A stretch of 64,000 nt of DNA. Source: Nitrospiraceae bacterium (GTDB lineage: Bacteria; Nitrospirota; Nitrospiria; Nitrospirales; Nitrospiraceae). Position numbers and translations under genes: made by a program. The stretch spans positions 160,001 to 224,000 of the forward strand of contig JBFWWG010000001.1 of the NCBI GenBank assembly GCA_050246315.1. The letters are read 5' to 3'. The notes under the pieces were generated by a model, which saw only the letters and a list, made by a program, of their open reading frames with translations, was not told the origin of the DNA and did not search any database. Every line of letters begins with the position of its first letter. The first letter of the stretch is position 1. Positions 1 to 10,500 of this stretch are shown here, piece after piece.

Positions 1-1343
1 TGGCGTTTGGCGAGATGGTTTACATCGATGCACTTTCCATGGTCATCCTGTTCATTATCGGCACGGTCGGTCTGGCCTGTTCCTTCTACATGCGCGCTTA
101 CATGGACGACCAGGTCGCACGTGGCGTGATCGCCGCCAGCCGGTTGAACCTCTTCTTCTTCCTGTTTCACATGTTCCTCCTGGCGATGGTGGTGGCCACC
201 GTCGCCAACAGCCTGGGGGTGCAATGGGTCGCGATCGAGGCCACGACCCTGGCGACGACCTTCCTCATCGCATTCTGGCGAAGACGCGAATCCTTGGAGG
301 CCGGATGGAAGTATTTGATCCTGTGCTCGGTCGGCATTTCGCTGGCCCTGTTCGGGGTGGTCCTGACCTATTACTCGTCGCTTCGGGTCCTTGGCGACGT
401 GAGCCGAGCCTTGCAAGTGACTCAACTCCAACTGATCGCCGATCAATTGGACCCACATATTTTGAAGCTGGCCTTTGTCTTTCTTTTCGTGGGCTACGGC
501 ACGAAAGTCGGTCTGGCTCCCATGCACAGTTGGCTCCCCGACGCCTATAGCGAGGCGCCGGCGCCCGTGGCCGCGATGCTGGCCGGCGTGCTGGAAACCG
601 TCGCGGTTTACGCGATCCTGCGAAGCCGCGCCATCGTCGACCAGGCTGTCTCTCCCGACTTCTCGGGCGGCCTGCTCACCCTGTTCGGGCTTGGATCGTT
701 CGCGCTCGCGACTTTTTTCATCCTCTTGCAGCACAACTACAAGCGGCTGTTCGCCTATTCCAGCATCGAGCATATGGGACTGGCCATGGTGGGATTCGGC
801 GTCGGCGGGGCCGTCGGGACATTCGGCGGTCTCTTCCATCTTGTAAACCACGCGTTCGCGAAGTCGTTGGCCTTTTTCGCCGCGGGCAACATCCATCGAC
901 GGTTCAAGACGGTGGAGATGGAGCAGGTCCAAGGCCTGGCTTCGGCGCAGCCCTGGTCTGCCTTCGCCCTGCTGGTGGCTGGGTTCTCCTTAGCCGCCCT
1001 CCCGCCCTTCGCCCTGTTCACGAGTGAGCTGCAGATCATGACGGCCCTCGGGACGGACGGCCTTCCGGGAGGATGGCCCTTCTCCGGGACCAAACTCCCG
1101 CTGTTGCTGTTGTTGGCTTGCGGCTTGGTCGCCTTCGGCGGGCTTCTCTTTCGCGTCACCGGAATGGTCTGGGGGACGCCGGCCAAGGAGATCGCCCGGG
1201 GGGAGGGGTGGTCGGTGGGTCATATCCCCATCATCGTCTTGGGCGCGGTCCTTATCTGGTTCTGCATGACGCTGCCGGATCCGTTTCGGCATCTCCTGGA
1301 CGGAGCGGTGAAGATTCTGCTGAGCACGAGAGGAGCAGCATGA
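1..1343 (+). CDS. hyfF: Hydrogenase-4 component F-like proton-translocating membrane subunit (probably 5'-truncated by the window edge)
   Basis: Very hydrophobic NuoL/M-type antiporter subunit with GYGTKVGLAPMHSWLPDAYSEAP and KRLFAYSSIEHMG; the frame is open back to the window start. Confidence 0.88.
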   Translation, partial: AFGEMVYIDALSMVILFIIGTVGLACSFYMRAYMDDQVARGVIAASRLNLFFFLFHMFLLAMVVATVANSLGVQWVAIEATTLATTFLIAFWRRRESLEAGWKYLILCSVGISLALFGVVLTYYSSLRVLGDVSRALQVTQLQLIADQLDPHILKLAFVFLFVGYGTKVGLAPMHSWLPDAYSEAPAPVAAMLAGVLETVAVYAILRSRAIVDQAVSPDFSGGLLTLFGLGSFALATFFILLQHNYKRLFAYSSIEHMGLAMVGFGVGGAVGTFGGLFHLVNHAFAKSLAFFAAGNIHRRFKTVEMEQVQGLASAQPWSAFALLVAGFSLAALPPFALFTSELQIMTALGTDGLPGGWPFSGTKLPLLLLLACGLVAFGGLLFRVTGMVWGTPAKEIARGEGWSVGHIPIIVLGAVLIWFCMTLPDPFRHLLDGAVKILLSTRGAA

Positions 1344-2935
1344 CGGCTGTCGCATCGGTCGAACAACAGGTCCAGGCGGCGTTTCCATTCCTCGTTCCGG
1401 ACCATCCATCGGGCAAGGACCTGGTGCGATGGCGCCTGGAGCAGGCTCAACTCGTAGAGGTCGCGCGCTGGCTTCATGAGAAAGCCCACGGCCGTTTGGC
1501 CTTACAGTTCGCTGTCGATTGCCGGCCTATCCGATCCGCGGCAGACAAGTATGAGATTCACTATCTGTTTGCGCTCGAGCCGAGCCAACCCTGGGTCCTG
1601 TTGACGATCGAATTGGCGAGGGGACACCGGCTGTTTCCCTCGATCACCCCGTCGATCCATGCGGCGCAATGGTATGAGCGGGAGATCCGAGACCTGTTCG
1701 GCCTGATCCCCCAAGGTCATCCGGATCTCCGGCGATTAATCCGACACGAACATTGGCCGAACGGCACCCATCCGCTCAAGAAAGACTTCCGCTGGGATAC
1801 GGTTCTCGGTCGGCAACAGGGCGAATACCGTTTTCTCCATATTGAAGGGGAGGGGGTCTTTGAAATTCCGGTTGGACCGATTCACGCCGGGATCATCGAG
1901 CCGGGCCATTTCCGGTTTTCCGTGGCAGGGGAACCGATCATGCAACTGGAGCTACGTCATTTTTGGAAGCACCGCGGGGTGGAAAAGCTCTTTGAGCAAC
2001 AGGTCTTGTCCGCCGCCGTTCCGCTCGCCGAGCGCATCTCCGGCGATACGACGGTTGGACATGGTCTGGCCTACTGCCAAGCGGTGGAAACGCTCCTGCA
2101 CATCGACGTACCACGACGCGCCAGGTACCTCCGCTCGCTCTTTTTAGAATTGGAACGCCTTCACAATCATCTCGGCGACATCGGCGCGATGTGCAATGAC
2201 ACGGCCTATGCGCTCGCCCATGCCCACTGTGGTCGTATGAAAGAGCGGATCATGCAGCTCAATGACCGGCTGGCCGGTTCACGGTTTCTTCGAGGCGTCA
2301 TGCGGGTCGGCGGAGTGACTCGCGATATCGACAGCACCCAGCTCGGCCATCTTGTCGATGACCTGAACCGGCTGCAGACAGACTTCTCCGAAGTGGGCGC
2401 CATTATTTTCGCCAATGCCTCGCTCACGGACCGATTGGAAACCACCGGCGTGCTGACAGAACGGACGGCCTGGGATCACGCGGTGGTGGGTATCGTCGGC
2501 CGGGCTTCTGGAATCGACCAGGATGTCCGGAGGGATCGCCCCTTTGCCGCTTACGACGAGCTACCCGTGAACGTGGCACGTTATCGCTACGGTGACGTGC
2601 GGGCCAGATTGCGTGTCCGTGGTGATGAGATTCACGATTCCATCAGGCTGATCCGCGAGATTCATGCGCGAATCCCACCTGGTCCGATCGCGATTGAACC
2701 GGACCGCATGGCGTCTCCGGGACAATGGGCACTCTCCGCAGTGGAGGGTTGGCGGGGAGAAATCCTCTACTTCGTCATGGCCGGCGAGCAGGGCCGGATC
2801 CACCGGTGCAAGGTGCGGGACCCGTCCTTCGTCAACTGGCCGGCGATCCAATGGGCGGTGCTGGGGAACATTATCCCGGATTTTCCCCTGATCAATAAGA
2901 GCTTCAATCTGTCCTACGCAGGCACGGATCTATGA
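1340..2935 (+). CDS. hyfG: HyfG/HycE-like NuoC-NuoD fused large subunit of an energy-converting-hydrogenase-related (Ehr) complex
   Basis: ATGA overlap with hyfF stop and an AGGAG RBS; motifs WYEREIRDLFG, GPIHAGIIEPGHFRF, HRGVEK, KVRDPSF; no CxxC Ni ligands. Confidence 0.88.
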   Translation: MTAVASVEQQVQAAFPFLVPDHPSGKDLVRWRLEQAQLVEVARWLHEKAHGRLALQFAVDCRPIRSAADKYEIHYLFALEPSQPWVLLTIELARGHRLFPSITPSIHAAQWYEREIRDLFGLIPQGHPDLRRLIRHEHWPNGTHPLKKDFRWDTVLGRQQGEYRFLHIEGEGVFEIPVGPIHAGIIEPGHFRFSVAGEPIMQLELRHFWKHRGVEKLFEQQVLSAAVPLAERISGDTTVGHGLAYCQAVETLLHIDVPRRARYLRSLFLELERLHNHLGDIGAMCNDTAYALAHAHCGRMKERIMQLNDRLAGSRFLRGVMRVGGVTRDIDSTQLGHLVDDLNRLQTDFSEVGAIIFANASLTDRLETTGVLTERTAWDHAVVGIVGRASGIDQDVRRDRPFAAYDELPVNVARYRYGDVRARLRVRGDEIHDSIRLIREIHARIPPGPIAIEPDRMASPGQWALSAVEGWRGEILYFVMAGEQGRIHRCKVRDPSFVNWPAIQWAVLGNIIPDFPLINKSFNLSYAGTDL

Positions 2936-3034
2936 GAACATGAGCGGACAATCCCTGGAGGCGTATTGTCCGGCCGCCAAGAGCCATTTTGAGAGTAGGC
3001 CGGTTCACCCGAAGGTTGGTATGGAGGACGTTGT

Positions 3035-3547
3035 ATGTTCCGCATTCTCAAGAAGAGTCTCAAAACCGGCATCGTGACCGGCGAGCATCCTCCCGCCTGC
3101 ACCTCTTCTGAACCGCCGAGCCAGGAGGCGAAGGCTAAAGCAACCCCGTTTTGCCGGTCGCTCTCGATTCGCGAGGTCGATACCGGCTCCTGCAATGCCT
3201 GCGAGATGGAGATGAACGCGCTCATGAATCCGGTCTACGATGCAGAGCGATTCGGCATCCATATCGCGGCCTCGCCTCGCCATGCCGACGCCCTGGTCAT
3301 CACAGGGCCGGTAACCGTGAACATGGCGAAACCGCTCAAGGATGTGTACAAACAAACCCCCGATCCTAAGGTCGTGATCGCGCTGGGCGACTGCGCCATC
3401 ACCTGCGGCGTCTTTGCCGGCAGCTATGCTGTCATCGGCCCTGTCGATCGCCATATCCCCGTCGATGTCCGCATCGCCGGCTGTCCGCCAAAGCCGACTG
3501 ACATTCTTGAAGCTCTGGCGCAGCTAAGGACACCTCAGAGGGGTTGA
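3035..3547 (+). CDS. hyfI: HyfI/NuoB-like Fe-S small subunit
   Basis: GSCNACE, SPRHAD, GDCA, GCPP motifs; GGAGG RBS. Confidence 0.88.
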   Translation: MFRILKKSLKTGIVTGEHPPACTSSEPPSQEAKAKATPFCRSLSIREVDTGSCNACEMEMNALMNPVYDAERFGIHIAASPRHADALVITGPVTVNMAKPLKDVYKQTPDPKVVIALGDCAITCGVFAGSYAVIGPVDRHIPVDVRIAGCPPKPTDILEALAQLRTPQRG

Positions 3548-3692
3548 GAGTGAGATGGCTGAGAGAAGCGCACACCTCCGATGAAAAGCGAACGATCCCG
3601 TCTCTTATTTCCGCCTTTCTCCGAACGGCAAGAGCCGGCACATCGACCCACTCGAAGCAGAAGGAAGAGTAGGAGAACCGAACGTGCACGAC

Positions 3693-5090
3693 CTAGTTTT
3701 TGCGCCGACGATCCAGCATCCAGCGGGTAATCCCGAGATGCTTGGCGGCGAGCGTCTTGTTGCCCTCCGTCCGCCGCAGGATCTCCGTGATAATGCGATC
3801 CTCCAGATCGGCGAGGGAGGCTTCGCCCACTCGAAACGTGATGTGGATCTGCGCAGGATCAACCGAGTCGGCGGCGGCGCCTGTGGTGTCTGGAGATCGG
3901 ACGGCGGGCATCACATGGCTGTCCTGTAGGTCCGAAGGGAAGTGTGAAGCTTCGAGCGATGTTCCGGAACAAAACAGCACGGCGCGTTCCATCAGGTTGC
4001 TCAACTCCCGGACGTTCCCCGGAAACGGATAGCGGCATAAGAGGGCGGTCGCGCTCGCTTCCATGGTACGAACCGGCTTCCCGAGCGCGAGCGCGGAGCG
4101 GGCCAGGAACTGCTCGGCAAGCGGGAGAATGTCTTCACGACGTTCGCGCAACGGGGGCACGGTCAACGCGACCACATTCAGTCTGAAATAGAGATCCTCG
4201 CGAAACTCCCCTTTGCTCACCGCCTCCTTGAGGTTCCGATTCGTCGCGGCCATGAACCGGGCTCCGACGGGAATGGCCGTCGAGCCTCCGACACGACGCA
4301 GCGTGCGGTCTTCGAGCACTCGCAACAGCTTGGCCTGGAGCGAGAGGGGCAGCTCAGCGATTTCGTCGAACAGCACGGTGCCGTCCTCGGCCAACTCAAT
4401 CAACCCGCAGCGTCGACCGGTGGCCCCGGTGAAGGCTCCCTTCTCGTGCCCGAACAACTCGCTCTCGAACAGATCGTGAGGGATCGAAGGGCAATCGACC
4501 TCAATGCAGGGTTTGTGGGCTCTCGCGCTGTTGAAGTGGATCACGCGGCCCACATACTGCTTTCCCGCCCCGGTTTCGCCCTGCAAAAGGACCGTCACCC
4601 GATCGTTGTGGGCGAGTTCACGGACACGATCGAGAAAGTTCAGGGTGACGGCACTCTTGGCAATCACACGGTCGAGCGCATAGCGCGCCGACTCTTGCCC
4701 GCTCTGCAACCGGACTTGGCGTTGCAGGGTCAGCAATTCCGTCGCCCGACTCAGCGCATGCTGCAAGTCCTCCATATCGATGGACTTGGCGACGAAGTCA
4801 AATGCCCCGAGCTTCGTCGCCTCCACCGCGTCCTTGACCGTTCCCTTGGCCGTCAGCAGAATCACCAGCAGTTGAGGCGAGGTCTGTTTGACACGGGCCA
4901 GGACGTCAAGGCCGGAGAGGTTGGGCATAACCACATCGAGCACGAGGATGTCCGGTTCGAACGACCGGAGCAACGTGAGGGCCTCTTCGCCGGACGCGGC
5001 GGTTTTCACGAGATACCCCTGGTCGCCGAGACGCAGCGCGAAGGCCTCACGCACCGACTCTTCATCCTCGACGAGCAACAGTTGCCACAT
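3693..5090 (-). CDS. Sigma-54-dependent response regulator (NtrC/AtoC family: REC-AAA+-HTH)
   Basis: REC domain (LLVEDE, DVVMP), GETGAGK, ESELFGHEKGAFTGA, FREDLYFRL, C-terminal GNKTLAAKHLGI HTH. Confidence 0.93.
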   Translation of the reverse strand: MWQLLLVEDEESVREAFALRLGDQGYLVKTAASGEEALTLLRSFEPDILVLDVVMPNLSGLDVLARVKQTSPQLLVILLTAKGTVKDAVEATKLGAFDFVAKSIDMEDLQHALSRATELLTLQRQVRLQSGQESARYALDRVIAKSAVTLNFLDRVRELAHNDRVTVLLQGETGAGKQYVGRVIHFNSARAHKPCIEVDCPSIPHDLFESELFGHEKGAFTGATGRRCGLIELAEDGTVLFDEIAELPLSLQAKLLRVLEDRTLRRVGGSTAIPVGARFMAATNRNLKEAVSKGEFREDLYFRLNVVALTVPPLRERREDILPLAEQFLARSALALGKPVRTMEASATALLCRYPFPGNVRELSNLMERAVLFCSGTSLEASHFPSDLQDSHVMPAVRSPDTTGAAADSVDPAQIHITFRVGEASLADLEDRIITEILRRTEGNKTLAAKHLGITRWMLDRRRKN

Positions 5091-5094
5091 CCGG

Positions 5095-7086
5095 CTAGAC
5101 CTCGCGTTGCAACGGCAGCCATACCTCGACGACCGCTCCGCTTCCCGGAGGGCTGTGGATCGCCAATTGCCCGCCGTGCCGTTCGACGATGTCGTGCGTG
5201 ATCGTCAGGCCGAGCCCGACGCCTTTCGCCTTGCCGCTGGTGAAGAACGGTTCGAAGATACGATTCAGATCTTCCGGCGGGATACCCTTACCGGTATCCG
5301 AGAAGATCAAGAGGACGCCCATGCATCGTTTGATTTCCGGGCGGACTGCAATCGTCAGGTCTCCCCCGTTCGGCATGGCATCGATCGCATTCATCATGAT
5401 GTTGAGACAGACCTGCTGCACGTGCGCGGGGGACACCTCGACCGCAGGCAGGTCGGCCGCGATGGTCTTCCTCACATGGACCCGCTGTTTATGCAGGTTC
5501 GTCCGGAGCAATGTCAGCGTGTCGTCGATCAGTGAGGGAAGGTCGCACGGGCGGAGATCGAACGGACGCGGCCGCAACTGACCCAAATGGGCTTCCAGCA
5601 ACCCGTCGATCCGCGCCGCTTCGCGGGCGATGAGGCGGCACCGGTCTCGCGCAGCCGGCGGCAACTGTCCCTGGTCCGCAAGATGCGTCGCGAGGCTCCC
5701 GAGCCCGATCAGCGGGTTTCGGATTTCGTGCAGAATACCGCCGGCCAGTTGTCCGACCAGTTTGACCTGCTCGGTATGGCGCAGCGCCTCGAGCATCTGC
5801 TCCCGCTCGCTCAGATCGGTGAGAATCGCCAGATAATATTGTGTCGTGTCGTCGCGGTCCTTCACAGGACTCACGCTTTCCCAGACCAGAAATTCCGCGC
5901 CGTCTTTCCGGCGGTTGACAAAGCGATCGACGAACGGCTGCCCTGACCGGATGGCCTGCCAGAGGCGATGGTAGAATTCCGGCGGATGCTTGCCGGATTT
6001 CAGGATCGACGGCTGCCTCCCCAGCGCCTCCTCGCGCGGCCAACCGGTCATCCGTTCGAGCGCGGGGTTCCATTCCAGGATCCGGCCGTCGGTGTCGGTG
6101 AGCATGATCCCGTCCTGCGCCGACATGAACAGTCGGTGGTAGAGGTCGATCTGAGTATCGGCCCGCCGCCGTCGCTCCAACACCGTGGCCACCGTATTCG
6201 CCACCGAGCACAGAAATTCCTGCTCCTTCAGGGAAAAGTCCCTCACCCGCTTCGCATGCGCGGTCATCACCCCATAGACCTTGTCCTCGACCAGCATCGG
6301 CACGCACATGCCGGCGATACCTCCATGCTCGGTCAGCAATTTCGACGGGGTAAACCGGGTTTCCTTGCGCAAGTCGCGCACGACCACGGGCACCCGTTCC
6401 CGAATGGCGAACCCGGCCTGCGAATGCGTGCCCCCTTCGATCGTCAACTTCCCGATCAGTTCCTCTTCAATGCCGATACCGGCCATCACAGCCAGGTGGT
6501 CGTCCAACTCCCTCGCGATCAGGATCTTGCACAATTCCACCTCCAGGGCCTCCGCCGTGCGCCGAACGGCTTCACTCATCAAGGCTTGAGCCGGCGCGTC
6601 GCTCACCGCCAACGTGCCGATGCGGGCGAGCACCGATTGAAAGCGGGCGACTTGTGACGCCTCCTGGGCAAGCAGCGTGCGTTCCGTCACATCCTGCAGC
6701 ACCAGGAGCACCCCGGTTCCGCCATGATAGGGCACGACGTTGAAGCGGCACTGATAGATCAGCGGCCGGCCTCGCCGATCCGCAAAACGATAGGTGGTCT
6801 TGCCGCGCGTGCGGAGCGATTCACGATTCCAGACGATCGCGTCGGCAAAGAGGCGCGCGCGGGGCGTTATGGCCTGTTCGGGCGAGTCGGGCGCATCCAC
6901 CATGGCCGACGCCGGGGCTTCAATGAGTTCGCCGAACTGCGCGTTCTCGAAAATAAGAATGCCGCGCGAAATCAGGCACACCCCGCCTTCGATACAGTCG
7001 CTGACCCAGGCCAAGACTTCGGCCGCAGCGACTTCCGCGTAGGCCGGCACGGAACTTTTCGAGTTGGGACGTGGCGTGGACGGCAT
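5095..7086 (-). CDS. Cytoplasmic sensor histidine kinase (PAS-like, GAF, PAS, HisKA, HATPase)
   Basis: GAF segment, PAS (WNPALERMTGW), H-box LHEIRNPL, NAIDAM, DTGKGI, FEPFF, GVGLGL; no TM helices; 4 bp from the regulator. Confidence 0.92.
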   Translation of the reverse strand: MPSTPRPNSKSSVPAYAEVAAAEVLAWVSDCIEGGVCLISRGILIFENAQFGELIEAPASAMVDAPDSPEQAITPRARLFADAIVWNRESLRTRGKTTYRFADRRGRPLIYQCRFNVVPYHGGTGVLLVLQDVTERTLLAQEASQVARFQSVLARIGTLAVSDAPAQALMSEAVRRTAEALEVELCKILIARELDDHLAVMAGIGIEEELIGKLTIEGGTHSQAGFAIRERVPVVVRDLRKETRFTPSKLLTEHGGIAGMCVPMLVEDKVYGVMTAHAKRVRDFSLKEQEFLCSVANTVATVLERRRRADTQIDLYHRLFMSAQDGIMLTDTDGRILEWNPALERMTGWPREEALGRQPSILKSGKHPPEFYHRLWQAIRSGQPFVDRFVNRRKDGAEFLVWESVSPVKDRDDTTQYYLAILTDLSEREQMLEALRHTEQVKLVGQLAGGILHEIRNPLIGLGSLATHLADQGQLPPAARDRCRLIAREAARIDGLLEAHLGQLRPRPFDLRPCDLPSLIDDTLTLLRTNLHKQRVHVRKTIAADLPAVEVSPAHVQQVCLNIMMNAIDAMPNGGDLTIAVRPEIKRCMGVLLIFSDTGKGIPPEDLNRIFEPFFTSGKAKGVGLGLTITHDIVERHGGQLAIHSPPGSGAVVEVWLPLQREV

Positions 7087-7199
7087 GGCTGCAATGGCCG
7101 GTGACGCCGGTCCGTCGCGTGGAGATGATCGCCCGTGTGGTGGCGCAGTATACCGAACTACCAGCGAGGCCGTCGAGAGACTGGCCGCCGCGGGCCTCG

Positions 7200-7529
7200 T
7201 TATTTCGCGAGGAAACGATCCCGCCGGCTCACCGCGACGTCCGTGACAAACATCGCGCCCGAATGCCGATTGAAGAGCGGACCCAGACCGGCCAGGATCG
7301 GTTCGACCTTCTCTTCCGGTACGACCGTAAACACGATGACCTGGCTGCTCGTGTCATTGAAGAGCAGGTGCCCTTCATGAAAGCCGTGGTGCCCTTTGCC
7401 GGACACGTTGTTGATAATCGTGTAGCCGGTTGCGCCGGTCCGGTCCAGCAGGTCAGTGACAAACTTCAACTGATCCCCCTGCACAACGATCCTGATTTCC
7501 TTCATGGGATGCAGCGTCAAGCTGATCAT
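7200..7529 (-). CDS. PII-superfamily regulatory protein (SbtB-like)
   Basis: MKEIRIVV...GATGYT...SGKG and C-terminal SRRDRF pattern; GAAGGAGG RBS before ATG 7529; directly downstream of dabA. Confidence 0.8.
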   Translation of the reverse strand: MISLTLHPMKEIRIVVQGDQLKFVTDLLDRTGATGYTIINNVSGKGHHGFHEGHLLFNDTSSQVIVFTVVPEEKVEPILAGLGPLFNRHSGAMFVTDVAVSRRDRFLAK

Positions 7530-10500
7530 GATCCTGTCCTCCTTCATCCAATTCTTCATGAATCCAGTCGGCGGCTCGATCATAGCGATAGCACTGCCGA
7601 TCTCTCGGATCGAGTGCGACGAGAGACACCCAACCCAGATTGAACAATTGTTCCAGCAGCGGATGCCGATAGATGATGCCGCGTATCCGCTCCCGTGGCG
7701 CCTCGATGATGGCCAGCAGCCTCATGGGTTCATGATACGGCGCGGGTCCATTCATCACCGTCTGAGCCGGAAGACCAATGCGCAGATCGCTCCACACCCC
7801 GGACATGACGCCCACGCGACCGGTCACATTGTGGTAGACCTTGCTGCCGCTGCCGTACACCTCGTTATCGACCGTCGAAAAATAATGCTCCATATTGATC
7901 CATTGGGCCACGACAAGCGGGGCGGTCATGATCGTTTCCAAGAGTTTCCCGGACGCATCCTGCCGGTGATCATAGGAATGCAAAAAGGCGCGGCCACGCA
8001 TGTCCACCCGTTGTGTGGCGCTTCGCCGGCCGATGACGATCAGGCTGTTTTTTGAAAGGCCCCATTCCGGGCGGACCTCGGCCCAATCATCGCTGCGCCG
8101 CCGGGCCAACTGCCGAGCGCCTCGAGCGTCGGCGGGTTGGCCCTGGGGAAACGACCCGGCTCGCTCCAGCGCGGCCTGCGCCCCGGCTTCATCGAGGTCG
8201 GCCATCAGCCGCTGGAGGTCTTTCCGGTGTGTGGCCGGCACATCCTCCAGATCGATGAGTCGGACACGGTCCGTCGTGGTGTCATGTTCGGCCGCCAGGA
8301 ATTGGGTATCGCTCGGGATCGGGATGCCCCGGTCCTGCAACAGATTCCGCACCGCAGGCTTGTTGGCCATGGCCGCGATGGTCCTGGCATTCGGCAGACC
8401 GTGGTTACCGCCACAGGCGCCGCAATCGAGCGCCGATTCATACGGGTTGTTGTAGGACGTGCTGCCGTGCGCGCAGAAGACCACGGCACGGGCAAAGTTT
8501 GAGGTCAACCCCATCAGGCGCAGCGCCGCCTCCACGAAGTAGGCCTGTTCCACAATGGAAAATCCCGTGTGGGTCAGTCGATCCAACCGTGAGGAGATGC
8601 CGCGCGGGCTGACCCGGTGGCGTTCTCGGAGTTCCTCATAGAAGACGGTCTCCTCTGCCGGCGTGAATCCCAGCGCCTTCGCCACGTCGCCGTTCGTGTC
8701 CTCGGTCTGACCCACGGCTTTCTTTCGAATCGTCTCCAACAACGTGGGTGAGAGGGCGGCGCCGGAGAGACCGAATCGCTCACGCAGCAGTTCGCGGATC
8801 ACGACCTGCTGCTCGGCCGCCACCATTTCCTCCGCCTGGGCGCGGGCGAGCTTTTCGACCGTCAAGGTGGTCGCCACAGCAGGCATGAAGATGCGCATGA
8901 GCCATCGCTTGACCTGGTCGTACCGGACCGGGAGGAGCGTGCGGCCGAACAACGGCAGGCTGAAGAACCACCCGATCGCCTCCACCATGACATAGGGCGT
9001 GACAACATTCTCTTTCAAATCGTGCAACAGCGCGCGAGCCGCTTGACTGAGCTTCGTCGCGGTCTTGTGCCGATCTGCCAGTGCGCCATGGTAGCTGCGC
9101 GGGACTTCCCGTACCTGGTTCTTGGGTTTAAGCAGCACCGGGCAATGGGAGACCGCGTGGCGGGCGGCAAAGGGTCGGTAGTCTAACGGCACGCCAAAGA
9201 AGCCGGCCAGACCCAGAGTTTCATAGCCCCCTAAGTGTTCGAGATGGCGGCGATACACTTCGGACCGGACATCGATACAGAAGACGACCTGGGCCAACGG
9301 TCGTGACGCGGCAACTGTGTCCGTCGCCGCCAGGTCGGTCGCCGTGGCTTCGGACGCCAGCTTCCTCAACACCTGCCGCCGGTGAGTGGCCTCAAGGGCC
9401 TGTAGCCAGACCGGCTTCTGCCGCGACGCCGGGAAGCTGTCCAACCAGGTGAGCAAGAGGCGAAGGTCGGAGGAAGGCGTGGATTCGATGACGGCGGGAT
9501 CGATCGAGAGGGCACGCGCCAGACGAATGAGCGACCGAGCTGCCTTGCGACGATCCTGCTGCGCGCGCACATCCACCTCCAGGTCGCGGTGCTGGCGTCC
9601 CAATGTCTCCCAGGCCTGATGGTCCAAGCGCTGCTTGCTCCGCAATAGCCGCCTGACTTCCTTGCCGATCGAATCCGGCACCTGTCCGCCGATCCATGCC
9701 CTTCGCAACCGGTAGGCGACGGGATACTGATCCACATAGCGCCGGAGCGCCTCTTCCCCACCGGCGATTCCCAGGTGGGCGCGACAGGCGACCTCCACGA
9801 ACTCTCGTTCATAGAAGAGGCGGACCGAGAGGTACTTGACCAAGTCGATGGGAAACTCTTCCTGCCAAGGATGGCTTCCCTGTTGCGCCCGCCATTTGAT
9901 GTACCCGACCCAACCGGGCATCGCCGCCAGATGCCGTGCGAGATAGGATTCCCATGAAGCCTTTGGAATCGTCATGGTCGCCAGATGTTCCAGCAGCGCA
10001 TCTTCGGAACGGTCGGAAAGGGCAAGGATCTTCGCGGAGGCGTCCGGAATGCCGATCAACCGCAACGTGGTGTCATGCTGTGCAAGCGACTTCCACGCCC
10101 GGTAAAAAGTCTGTTCCCTGCCGGGCATGGACCATCCCACTTCGCCCTCGTCCAAGAAGGCGCTGCACCACTTCACCATTTCCCGATTGATGGTTTCGAG
10201 CAGAGAAGTCCCGAACGTCCGGTCGCACCAGATACCCAGCGTTTCGTCGAGCGGCCATTCAGGCGGAAGGTCCGGGCTGGACACCCGGCCCGAGGAAGCC
10301 GGCTCTTGCGCGGATGCCGCCCGCAGCCACGACAGCACCCTTTCAACGGTCGCCGCATCCTCTTGCGCAGTCGATTCGGCGGCGAACGGTCCGTCCTCGG
10401 TCACCCCGTCGACGATGGAGAGGGTCAGCACATCCAGATGGGAAAGCGAGCGTCCGGCGAAGCACAGCCGGTTCTCGCTCGCCAGCGGCGCGAGCACCGC

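Noticed and set aside
1340..2935. Functional group 4 [NiFe] hydrogenase
   Set aside because: Both Ni-binding CxxC motifs are absent
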